Part shown: one piece after another, positions 1 through 7,748 of the stretch
Position numbering within the stretch: position 1 is the first letter of the stretch
Layout of the letters: each line of letters begins with the position of its first letter
Notes under the pieces: model-generated
What the model saw: the letters and a program-made list of their open reading frames with translations, nothing else
Databases searched by the model: none
Told to the model about the DNA's origin: nothing
Program-made: the position numbers and the translations under genes
Assembly: GCA_016867135.1 (NCBI GenBank)
Contig: VGKH01000004.1
Span: forward strand, 1-53,083
Source: Candidatus Omnitrophota bacterium
Lineage (GTDB): Bacteria; Omnitrophota; Gorgyraeia; VGKH01
DNA: 53,083 nt
Direction of reading: 5' to 3'

Positions 1-1
1 T

Positions 2-1240
2 TTGAGCGAGGCGAATAAGAACCGCCCAATACATGAAGAAGATACCGCACTAATAATATACACTTCAGGAACAACCGGAGTAGCAAAGGGTGTTGAGCTT
101 ACTTATCGTAACTTAATGTTTCAGGTAAGGTCCCTGAGCGAAATAATCCATTATAAAATTCAAGATCAGTTTCTTTCTATTCTACCTTTGAATCATACTC
201 TTGAATTAACAGGCGGGCTTATTGCGCCGCTTTATGCCGGAGGCTGCATTACTTACTGTGATAGTTTGAAGCCGACCCGCATGCTTTCGTTGATGAAGGA
301 AACTGGCACAAGAATGATGATTTGCGTGCCATTGGTTATAAAGATGTTACATGACGGAATCATGGATAATGTGGCTAAAATGTCCACCCCTAAACAGAGA
401 GTATTTAGCAGGCTGTTGAATTTATCCAAATTGTTGCTTAAATACAATATAAGGCTAGGACATTTATTGTTTATGGGGTTACATAAGCAGTTCGGTGGAA
501 AATTGCGTGGGTTTGTAAGTGGAGGCGCACCATTAGATAAAGAAGTCGAGATAAATTTTAGTGCACTTGGATTTTGGATATTGCAAGGCTACGGGCTTAC
601 TGAAACATCTCCAGTTATAGCTGTAAATACTTATAAAACACATCGTTTCGGTTCAGTAGGAAAACCTTTGCCAGGCGTGGAGGTAAAGATATTAAAAGAA
701 AAAACCGATTCCAATGAAGGTGAGATTATTACTAGAGGCGACCATGTAATGAAAGGTTATTTTAATAATCCTGATAAAACAAACGAGATTGTTAAAGACG
801 GATGGCTACATACTGGTGATATAGGATCTTTGGATAAAGATGGATTTTTGTATATAACAGGCAGAATAAGAAATCTTATTGTGTTAGGGGCAGGAAAAAA
901 GGTGTTTCCTGAAGAAGTTGAGCAGGTAATGTCCAGGAGCCGATTTATAAGAGAAATCTGTGTTTTGGGTAAAACCGCAACAAAGGGTTTACGCAAAGGA
1001 TGCGAAGAAGTATTTGCGGTTATTGTTCCTAACTTGGATAATTTTGGAGTAGATGAACGTAAAGATAATCAGAAAATAAAAGAGAAGATTTCAAATGAAA
1101 TATCACAGTTGGGACAAAATCTGGCAGAATATAAGCGGATAGTGGATTTTGTGATTTTGGAGAATGAACTGCCTAAAACCGCTTCCAGAAAAATAAAGAG
1201 GCAGGTCTTGCTTGATATAATTAATAAGGTATCGGACTAG
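2..1240 (+). CDS. Long-chain fatty acid-CoA ligase / AMP-binding enzyme (5' truncated by window)
   Basis: YTSGTTGVAKG P-loop, GYGLTET and GWLHTGDIG adenylate-forming motifs. Confidence 0.9.
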   Translation: MSEANKNRPIHEEDTALIIYTSGTTGVAKGVELTYRNLMFQVRSLSEIIHYKIQDQFLSILPLNHTLELTGGLIAPLYAGGCITYCDSLKPTRMLSLMKETGTRMMICVPLVIKMLHDGIMDNVAKMSTPKQRVFSRLLNLSKLLLKYNIRLGHLLFMGLHKQFGGKLRGFVSGGAPLDKEVEINFSALGFWILQGYGLTETSPVIAVNTYKTHRFGSVGKPLPGVEVKILKEKTDSNEGEIITRGDHVMKGYFNNPDKTNEIVKDGWLHTGDIGSLDKDGFLYITGRIRNLIVLGAGKKVFPEEVEQVMSRSRFIREICVLGKTATKGLRKGCEEVFAVIVPNLDNFGVDERKDNQKIKEKISNEISQLGQNLAEYKRIVDFVILENELPKTASRKIKRQVLLDIINKVSD

Positions 1241-1336
1241 CTATTTATGTTCGATATCTACCTTGATTAAGTCCGGTTAAAATTGATTAAGCTTAATTAA
1301 GATTAGAGCGATAAATACAAACAGGATTAAGTATTA

Positions 1337-1357
1337 GTTCGAGTCCTCGAGGGGGAG
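1337..1357 (+). mobile_element. tRNA 3'-end fragment (Asn-like), candidate att site
   Basis: GTTCGAGTCCTCGAGGGGGAG = T-loop, T-stem 3' arm, acceptor 3' arm and discriminator, with no 5' half upstream. Confidence 0.55.
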
Positions 1358-1426
1358 TTTTTTCCACAATGGCCGTAAACGCACCACGCTTACCGTCCAT
1401 TTTCACATTTGAAGAAAGGGGCACTT

Positions 1427-2101
1427 ATGAATCGTTATTCAAAGTTGCGCTTTGTTTTGGCATTGATTTTATGTCTTTGGGGGTTTCAATTTTTTAAGAT
1501 AGGTTTCTCTCTAATAGGGCTGAACTCTACTTTGTTGCCGTATATTCAGAGAGGCATGGATCAAAGAATGTCTCAGCTTGAAATTGAATATAAAAAGAAC
1601 GGGCTAAAAGATGGAGTCAGGGAGGAAGATTTTGAGCGGGAATTTGGTGTTTTGAAGACCGATATGGATAATTTTAAAGAAGGAGTTGCGCAGGGTAAGA
1701 ATTATTTCTTAGAAGCGGCTGTTGTAATATTGTGTTATCTGTTATGTTTTTTGTTTTGGATTAATACCTATCTTGTTCTTCGGAAGTCCACTCACTTTGA
1801 AAAATTGATGAAGACAGCACTTTTCACGGTTTGGGGGTTTGTTGGTTCTTTTTATGTATATATGCTGAATCAAATTTCTTTTGTTTTTTCTTCGACAGAG
1901 CGAATTATGCGTTTGGTTGAGATGCTGGCTGGTAGCAAAGAGATGCCGGTAGTTGAGTCTGGAAGGATGTTAAAGAATTTTCTTGTTTCGCCGGAAGGGA
2001 TTCTCTTCCCGGTTTTGTTTTTATTATTCTTTTGGGGCATCCCATTCGCAGTATATGTATGGCTTAAGAAGCGAGAGCGTTTGCTGTTCAGCTCGACTTA
2101 A
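1427..2101 (+). CDS. Hypothetical membrane protein (about 4 TM segments)
   Basis: Long ORF; ATG at 1427 after AAGGGG; hydrophobic segments; T-rich composition. Confidence 0.65.
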   Translation: MNRYSKLRFVLALILCLWGFQFFKIGFSLIGLNSTLLPYIQRGMDQRMSQLEIEYKKNGLKDGVREEDFEREFGVLKTDMDNFKEGVAQGKNYFLEAAVVILCYLLCFLFWINTYLVLRKSTHFEKLMKTALFTVWGFVGSFYVYMLNQISFVFSSTERIMRLVEMLAGSKEMPVVESGRMLKNFLVSPEGILFPVLFLLFFWGIPFAVYVWLKKRERLLFSST

Positions 2102-2590
2102 CGATGCTATTTTGAGAAGGTTTTTGCCAGAATATTTTTTGAGCAGTATTGGATTATCTGTTTCAGCAAGCTTTTTGAGGAATAGCTCGGGCAGGTTACT
2201 GGCGATCTTGAGAAGTTGGGAGATTCTGGGTCGTGTGACTTTGAAATGTTTGGCGGCATCTGAATGCGAGGCGCCCGGATTAGACGCCAAATAGGCTTTT
2301 ACACCAAGCGCAAAACGGGCAATGTTCTTTAGATGTTTGACTGGCTTTGGCGCTGGTTCGGGGAATGCTTCGCCGATCGATATTTCAACGCGTTTTCGTC
2401 TTCGCCGGTAGAAGGGGACGCGCAACCAGCACCATTTCTGACGTGCAAGCAGTTTCGAGTCCAACGTGAATCTCATTAAGGACTCGCACCCTGGGATGCG
2501 TCTTACGTCCAGTGTGGGGAGCCAATTAAAAATCCGAACTTTTTCGGATTGAAAGCCCCAGTTACTGGTTGTAGCCGGGGCTTTTTTCAC
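2024..2590 (-). CDS. HTH-containing protein or remnant typical of recombinase islands (start uncertain)
   Basis: DAAKHFKVTRPRISQLLKI HTH-like segment; the N-terminal WLPTLD is read from the antisense of a tRNA-like 3' end. Confidence 0.45.
   Translation of the reverse strand: MKKAPATTSNWGFQSEKVRIFNWLPTLDVRRIPGCESLMRFTLDSKLLARQKWCWLRVPFYRRRRKRVEISIGEAFPEPAPKPVKHLKNIARFALGVKAYLASNPGASHSDAAKHFKVTRPRISQLLKIASNLPELFLKKLAETDNPILLKKYSGKNLLKIASLSRAEQQTLSLLKPYIYCEWDAPKE
2507..2524 (+). mobile_element. Second tRNA 3'-end-like fragment ending in CCA, candidate att scar
   Basis: GTCCAGTGTGGGGAGCCA followed by hairpins and a terminator, as seen behind tRNA genes. Confidence 0.4.
2551..2588 (+). terminator. 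Intrinsic terminator-like hairpin
   Basis: AAAGCCCC...GGGGCTTT followed by a T-run. Confidence 0.6.
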
Positions 2591-2615
2591 AAGGATGGCA
2601 GGGTGAAAAAAGTTC

Positions 2616-2644
2616 TTGACAAATAGGAATGATTACTATATAGT
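2616..2644 (+). promoter_or_regulatory. Sigma70 promoter overlapped by a Fur/PerR-type box
   Basis: TTGACA-17-TATAGT; TAGGAAT-G-ATTACTA (2624-2638) lies in the spacer. Confidence 0.7.
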
Positions 2645-2650
2645 AATTCT

Positions 2651-3088
2651 ATGAAAATTGAGCATGAAGAAATAAGAAAGATGTTCTACGATAAGTGCGC
2701 GGATAAAAGACTTAAAATTACCCCGCAACGTTCGCTTATTTTTGATGAGCTTTCCAAAGCCACGGATCATCCTACCGCTGACGCTATATACAAACGTGTG
2801 CGAAAGACCTTATCGAATATTTCTTTTGATACCGTTTACCGGACGTTGTTGTCATTTACTGAGATAGGCATAGTTAATCTAGTTGAAGGAACGGGCGAAC
2901 AGAAACGTTTTGAGCCCAACCTGCACCAGCATCATCATTTTAGATGCATCAAGTGCCATACCATTTACGATTTCGAAAATGATGCCTATAACGATATTGC
3001 CGTGCCGAAGGCTGTGCAGAAACAAGGAGTCATTATCAATAAGAGGGTAGTGTTAGAAGGTATTTGTTCAAAGTGTAAGGGCAAATAA
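2651..3088 (+). CDS. Fur/PerR family transcriptional repressor
   Basis: LKITPQR, DHPTAD, TVYRTL, HHHFRCIKC and CSKC motifs. Confidence 0.92.
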   Translation: MKIEHEEIRKMFYDKCADKRLKITPQRSLIFDELSKATDHPTADAIYKRVRKTLSNISFDTVYRTLLSFTEIGIVNLVEGTGEQKRFEPNLHQHHHFRCIKCHTIYDFENDAYNDIAVPKAVQKQGVIINKRVVLEGICSKCKGK

Positions 3089-3108
3089 ATATTTTTTTGC
3101 CTATTGAG

Positions 3109-3123
3109 TCGTAATGATTACGA
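3109..3123. promoter_or_regulatory. Perfect 7-1-7 Fur/PerR-type operator
   Basis: TCGTAAT-G-ATTACGA; matches the box at 2624-2638. Confidence 0.65.
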
Positions 3124-3238
3124 TTTAGTAAGCTAACATAAATTAAAGGAGGTGGTTGATTTAGAAAATAAAGTGTGATTAGCGGCATGCAGTAAATAAT
3201 ATAAAAACATGGATATCAACCAAAAGGAGGAAGCTATC

Positions 3239-3733
3239 ATGTCAAACGACAAATATACATCAATAGTAAAACTTGATTTCCAGTACGCGCATAGGTTTAT
3301 GAAATGGCCCAGAGAAGCAAAACACCTTCACGGGCACTCAGGCCTTTTAGAAATTGAGCTTGAAGATACCGTAGACCCGGTAACTGGATTTGCACACGCT
3401 TGTAAAGAGGGATTCAAAAAAGCATGGGAAGTTTGTGACCATTTCCACCACGCATCATTGTTTCAAGAAGGCGACCCGCTTCTTGAGGCGGTTATTGCTG
3501 TGTACAAAAAGGAAGGCATTAATAACGACCCAAAGAATTGTGTCCCTCTTAAAAAGATAGATCACGCACTTGCTTGGTCATACCCGGAATACAGAATAGT
3601 TGTGACCAAAAAAGTTTCAACTTGTGAGAATCTTTGTGAGCTTTTCTACGAGCTTCTTAAAGACAAGATGCCAATTAAGAAGATTACTTTCCGCTCGTCT
3701 TCTATTAACGCAGCATCGAAAACGTTTAAGTAA
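3239..3733 (+). CDS. 6-carboxytetrahydropterin synthase-like (QueD/PTPS family, long form)
   Basis: AHRF...HLHGHSG Zn-binding motif and STCENL; AGGAGG before ATG 3239. Confidence 0.8.
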   Translation: MSNDKYTSIVKLDFQYAHRFMKWPREAKHLHGHSGLLEIELEDTVDPVTGFAHACKEGFKKAWEVCDHFHHASLFQEGDPLLEAVIAVYKKEGINNDPKNCVPLKKIDHALAWSYPEYRIVVTKKVSTCENLCELFYELLKDKMPIKKITFRSSSINAASKTFK

Positions 3734-3753
3734 GAAAATAACCCGTATTAGCA

Positions 3754-3788
3754 AACATCCACCGGCTTAGCCGGTGGATGTTCTTTTC
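3754..3788 (+). terminator. Intrinsic terminator
   Basis: 13-bp perfect stem AACATCCACCGGC/GCCGGTGGATGTT plus T-rich tail. Confidence 0.75.
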
Positions 3789-4159
3789 TATTGCGAGCAG
3801 AAGTGCCCCGAAGGCAACCGAATTCAATTACTGAGAGTTGGCATCAGTAAGCGCCAATAAGTTTTTCCCGGAGTAGTAAATAGGGGACGTTTCCCCTCGT
3901 TTTACTCCGACGATATCGAGGTTCATTTCTGGGCATTATATAAGAATTCGGCAGAATATCTCTCTGGTTTATTGGGCAGGTTTATGTTAAACTATCGGGA
4001 ATGGGAAATTGTGTCATGGTACGGTAGGATATGGGCGAGGGCTATGAAAAAAATATTTTAAAGGAACGTTTCGATATGCATCATACTAATGGTCGTTAAT
4101 TTTTATTTACTTTTTATTTCTAAGTGGTACACTGAATATAGAAAATTCGGGAAAAAGAG

Positions 4160-4241
4160 TGGGTCCGGGATAATACCCCGGAGGTAAAATATTTGATGGT
4201 CGGGCCGCCATCTTGCTAAATATGCAGGATGGCGGTTTTTT
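4160..4241 (+). ncRNA. Candidate riboswitch with terminator (resembles DUF1646/Na+ riboswitch)
   Basis: P1 TCCGGG/CCCGGA; P2 GATGGT-CGGGCC-GCCATC overlaps the 5' arm of a 13-bp terminator (4204-4241); TG-TACACT -10 at 4128. Confidence 0.55.
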
Positions 4242-4272
4242 AGTATCTTGGGAGAAATCTTAATTATTATCC

Positions 4273-4923
4273 ATGCTTAAAGTCTGCGGATTTTTTATTA
4301 CGGTATTTATTCTGGCGGTGATGTTTGTTGCTCCTGTGCGAAACTACATGAATAATCTTTTCCTGAAAGATAAGGCTCAGTTGAAAGAGGAACAGATTAT
4401 TGGAATGGCTTCAGAATACAATCCGCGCGTGGAAGAAATGCAGAGGATTTTAAAAGACGCGCATTTTGATCCCGGCCCTGCGGATGGAGTAATGGGAAGC
4501 CAGACCCGAATAGCAATAAGGGAATTCCAGAAAGAAAAGGGCCTATGGCCTAGCGGCAAAATAGATTCAAAGACTTGGCTTGAGTTAAGCCGGGCAAAAG
4601 AAGCGCTCAAGAATGAAGCAATTGTTCAGCCTTTGATTTTGCCTTCCGGAGAGTATCCGCGCGACGTAAAATCTGAGGAAGAAATCGCAAGGATTAGAGA
4701 ACCTCAGGAAAAACTCACAAAAGCAAAGCTTCCCAAAGATAGAAAGAAGCAAATTCAAATTGCCTTACAAAAAGCCGGATTTTATAAAGGAAAGATTGAC
4801 GGTAAAATAGGCCCGCAGACAAAAGAGGCGATTAAAGCATTTCAAAAAGCCAGAGGTTTAAAAACAGACGGTGCTGTAGGTGCCCAAACGTGGACTGAGT
4901 TAAATAAGTATTTGAAAGAGTGA
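4273..4923 (+). CDS. Membrane-anchored protein with two peptidoglycan-binding (PG_binding_1) domains
   Basis: Two DG..G..T..AI..FQ...GL..(D)G repeats; N-terminal TM. Confidence 0.88.
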   Translation: MLKVCGFFITVFILAVMFVAPVRNYMNNLFLKDKAQLKEEQIIGMASEYNPRVEEMQRILKDAHFDPGPADGVMGSQTRIAIREFQKEKGLWPSGKIDSKTWLELSRAKEALKNEAIVQPLILPSGEYPRDVKSEEEIARIREPQEKLTKAKLPKDRKKQIQIALQKAGFYKGKIDGKIGPQTKEAIKAFQKARGLKTDGAVGAQTWTELNKYLKE

Positions 4924-4926
4924 GTG

Positions 4927-5745
4927 ATGCAAAAGGCAATGCTATTGTCAGCTCTATTTTTGCTTTTTTTGACGGATGCAACCGCGCAAAAGATATCGTT
5001 ATCCCAGCAGGAGATTCAGCAGATTGGCGAGAGAGTTTTTGAGAATGAATGCGCCTCGAAAGATGAAAATTTGATTGTATGGAATGAGGGCGAAGATTTT
5101 ATGTCGCTTGGTATAGGGCATTTTATTTGGTATCCGGAGAATGGAAAAGATTCTTTTGAAGAAAGCTTTGTAAAATTCCTTAAATATGCCAAAGCTTCCG
5201 GGGAGCAAATCCCGGGTTGGCTTGATACTACTCCATTTCCTGCTTGTTCGTGGAGTTCCCGCGAACATTTCCTAAGCGCACAAAGCGACAGCCGGTTAAT
5301 AGAACTAAAAGATTTTTTAATTAAGACAAAATCTTTACAGGCTGCATTTATTATGAGACGGTTAGAGGATGCTTTGCCTCTTATATTCAAAAGCACTCCA
5401 GAAGGGGTTCGCGAGAAGATAGCTTCGCAGTTTTACCGTGTCGCCTCTGCGCCTTCAGGAGTTTATGCTTTGGCGGATTACGTTAATTTCAAGGGGCTAG
5501 GGATAGCACCGTTTGAAAATTATCAAGGTAAAGGCTGGGGATTGCTTCAAGTCTTGGAAGGGATGAGAGAGGAGAACGAGGCCCCGGATGCTGTTGGAGA
5601 ATTTGCCCGATCGGCAAATGCTGTGCTTGAAGAGCGCGTGAAAAATTCTCCTTCAGGCCGCAATGAACAGAAATGGCTGCCGGGTTGGAAGAAAAGGGTT
5701 AATTCGTACATTAAGCAGGAGGAGGTAACATGTTTACAAGAATGA
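4927..5745 (+). CDS. Secreted conserved hypothetical protein, possible muramidase
   Basis: Signal peptide; NEC...WNEGEDFMSLGIGHFIWYP; C-terminal WLPGWKKRV. Confidence 0.7.
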   Translation: MQKAMLLSALFLLFLTDATAQKISLSQQEIQQIGERVFENECASKDENLIVWNEGEDFMSLGIGHFIWYPENGKDSFEESFVKFLKYAKASGEQIPGWLDTTPFPACSWSSREHFLSAQSDSRLIELKDFLIKTKSLQAAFIMRRLEDALPLIFKSTPEGVREKIASQFYRVASAPSGVYALADYVNFKGLGIAPFENYQGKGWGLLQVLEGMREENEAPDAVGEFARSANAVLEERVKNSPSGRNEQKWLPGWKKRVNSYIKQEEVTCLQE

Positions 5746-6128
5746 TTTTGTCTGTTTTTCTTGTTTTTGCTTTAGCTGGATGCGCTACAGGCGCAAAAAA
5801 ACAAGCCACGCAAACATCGCCAGCAAGTTACGAAAAATATCAGCAAGAGGCTTATTCCCAAAGTTATGACTATGACGACACCCTGCCATCCGATACATAT
5901 CAAAAACCAGTTAAGAAAATATATTCCGAACCAATGATAAAATTAAGCGCAAAGCAAATTCAAAAAGCCTTAAAGAACGCTGGTTTTTATCAAGGCACAA
6001 TTGATGGTAAAATCGGCCCCAAAACAAAAGCAGCTATTTTAAAATTCCAGAAAGCCAAAGGCCTTAAGGTTGACGGAATTGTTGGAAAAAGGACGTCGGC
6101 CGCGTTAAATAAATATCTATCCCAATAA
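5730..6128 (+). CDS. Lipoprotein with peptidoglycan-binding domain
   Basis: LAGC lipobox; IQKALKNAGFYQGTIDGKIGPKT. Confidence 0.88.
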   Translation: MFTRMILSVFLVFALAGCATGAKKQATQTSPASYEKYQQEAYSQSYDYDDTLPSDTYQKPVKKIYSEPMIKLSAKQIQKALKNAGFYQGTIDGKIGPKTKAAILKFQKAKGLKVDGIVGKRTSAALNKYLSQ

Positions 6129-6134
6129 AGAAAA

Positions 6135-7058
6135 ATGAAAGCAAAGAAGATATTTCTTTCTATATCAGTTATTGTTGTTTTGGGTGTTGGAGTATATTTT
6201 GGTCAGCAGTATTACGCTAGATTCCAAAAGGCTAAACAAGAGCGGCTTCTATACGAGGCAAGGAAAACCGCATGGCAGAAGTTGCAGCGACGCATTGAGG
6301 TTGAAATAAGCCAGTTTAAGGGCGAGACTGGAATAGTGATTAAGGATTTAGAAACCGGGTGGGAACTCTCATATGAAAAGACTAAATTGTTCCCTTCGGC
6401 AAGCTTGGCCAAAATTCCCCTCATGGCGGCATGTTTTCTTGCGGCTGATCAAAGAAGAATTAAGCTTGACCGCAATATCGCGCTTAAATCAGCGGATAAA
6501 CTTACAGGATCAGGGGTATTGAAAGATATGCCCGCAGGCACCACTTTTAGCGTAGAGAGGCTCATCGGGCTTATGATTTATGACAGCGATAATACTGCCA
6601 CCAACATTGTTACTAACTTAGTAGGTATTGATTACTTAAATAGCGCATTTAAGGGCTTTGGGTTAAAGAATACAGATCTCTCTCGCAAGATAGCCGATTA
6701 TCAATCGCGTAGCAAGGGTATTGAGAATTACACTACCGCCGAGGATATGTCTCTACTGTTAGAAAAAATCTACCGAAAGACCCTTGGCAATAAAAACATT
6801 TCCGATAAGTGCATAAGCATGTTAAAATTAGCGCGTATGAACGACCGCATCCCTAAATATTTACCGGCCGAGATAACTATTGCGCACAAAACCGGCCTCG
6901 AGAGAAATGTTTGTCATGATGCCGGTATAGTGTTTACGCGCAAAGGCGATTTTATTATTGTCGTGTTAACGAAACACGCGAATTCGAATAGCGCGCCTTC
7001 CAAGGAATTTATCGCGAAAGTATCTTTGCATGCGTATAAATATTTTGATCAGTTATAA
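6135..7058 (+). CDS. Class A beta-lactamase-like serine hydrolase (PBP-A type)
   Basis: SLAK (SxxK), SDN and KTG motifs; N-terminal TM. Confidence 0.85.
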   Translation: MKAKKIFLSISVIVVLGVGVYFGQQYYARFQKAKQERLLYEARKTAWQKLQRRIEVEISQFKGETGIVIKDLETGWELSYEKTKLFPSASLAKIPLMAACFLAADQRRIKLDRNIALKSADKLTGSGVLKDMPAGTTFSVERLIGLMIYDSDNTATNIVTNLVGIDYLNSAFKGFGLKNTDLSRKIADYQSRSKGIENYTTAEDMSLLLEKIYRKTLGNKNISDKCISMLKLARMNDRIPKYLPAEITIAHKTGLERNVCHDAGIVFTRKGDFIIVVLTKHANSNSAPSKEFIAKVSLHAYKYFDQL

Positions 7059-7072
7059 AAGGAGGTTTTTCT

Positions 7073-7744
7073 ATGGTAGCTAAGTTTGCTGTTATTATGT
7101 TTTTGGCGATATTTACCATGTCGGGGTGCGCTTTTGTTCAAAAGGCGAAAAGGACTGATGAGTTGGAGATCGAGAACCAGAATTTACGGGCCCGAATTAC
7201 TCAGCTCCAGCAAGAGAAAGCAAAAGAAGTTGAACATGTAGTCAAGCAAAAGGATAGGGAGCTTTCTGAGCTTGAAAAAGCGAAGCTTGAATTGGAGGAC
7301 GTCCTGAAAAGAGAAATCGGAAATTACAAAGCCAAGCTGGAGATGACTGAACGCGGGCTTGTGATTACTTTTTTATCCGAGGTATTTTTTGATTCCGGGA
7401 AAGATGTAATCCGTGAAGACGGAAAAGATTCTATTCGAAGAGTAGCCGAAGTTTTAAACAGGGATGTCCCTGATTCCAATGTTGCCATTGAAGGCCACAC
7501 AGATAACCAGCCGATAAAGTATTCCGGATGGAAAACTAACTGGGAGCTTTCCTCGGCGCGGGCGCTTGCGGTATTGCATTATCTTATTGATGATTGCGGA
7601 GTAAAGCCGACAAGGCTTTCTGCTAACGGTTATGGAGAATTTCGTTCTGTCGCAGAAAATGATACAAAGGAAAATATGCAGAAAAACCGCAGGGTTGAAA
7701 TTGTTATATTGCCTTCAAAAATAAGCAAGGTGAAGGCGCAATAA
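7073..7744 (+). CDS. OmpA/MotB-C domain lipoprotein with coiled coil
   Basis: MSGC lipobox; IEGHTDN, NWELSSARA and NRRVEI motifs. Confidence 0.87.
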   Translation: MVAKFAVIMFLAIFTMSGCAFVQKAKRTDELEIENQNLRARITQLQQEKAKEVEHVVKQKDRELSELEKAKLELEDVLKREIGNYKAKLEMTERGLVITFLSEVFFDSGKDVIREDGKDSIRRVAEVLNRDVPDSNVAIEGHTDNQPIKYSGWKTNWELSSARALAVLHYLIDDCGVKPTRLSANGYGEFRSVAENDTKENMQKNRRVEIVILPSKISKVKAQ

Positions 7745-7748
7745 ATCT

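Noticed and set aside
6135-7058. Functional class A beta-lactamase resistance gene
   Set aside because: There is no Glu166-type omega loop (DRxExxLN); the membrane anchor and context favour a PBP-like role.
7073-7744. Flagellar stator motB
   Set aside because: It has a lipobox instead of the Asp-containing TM helix, and no motA is adjacent.
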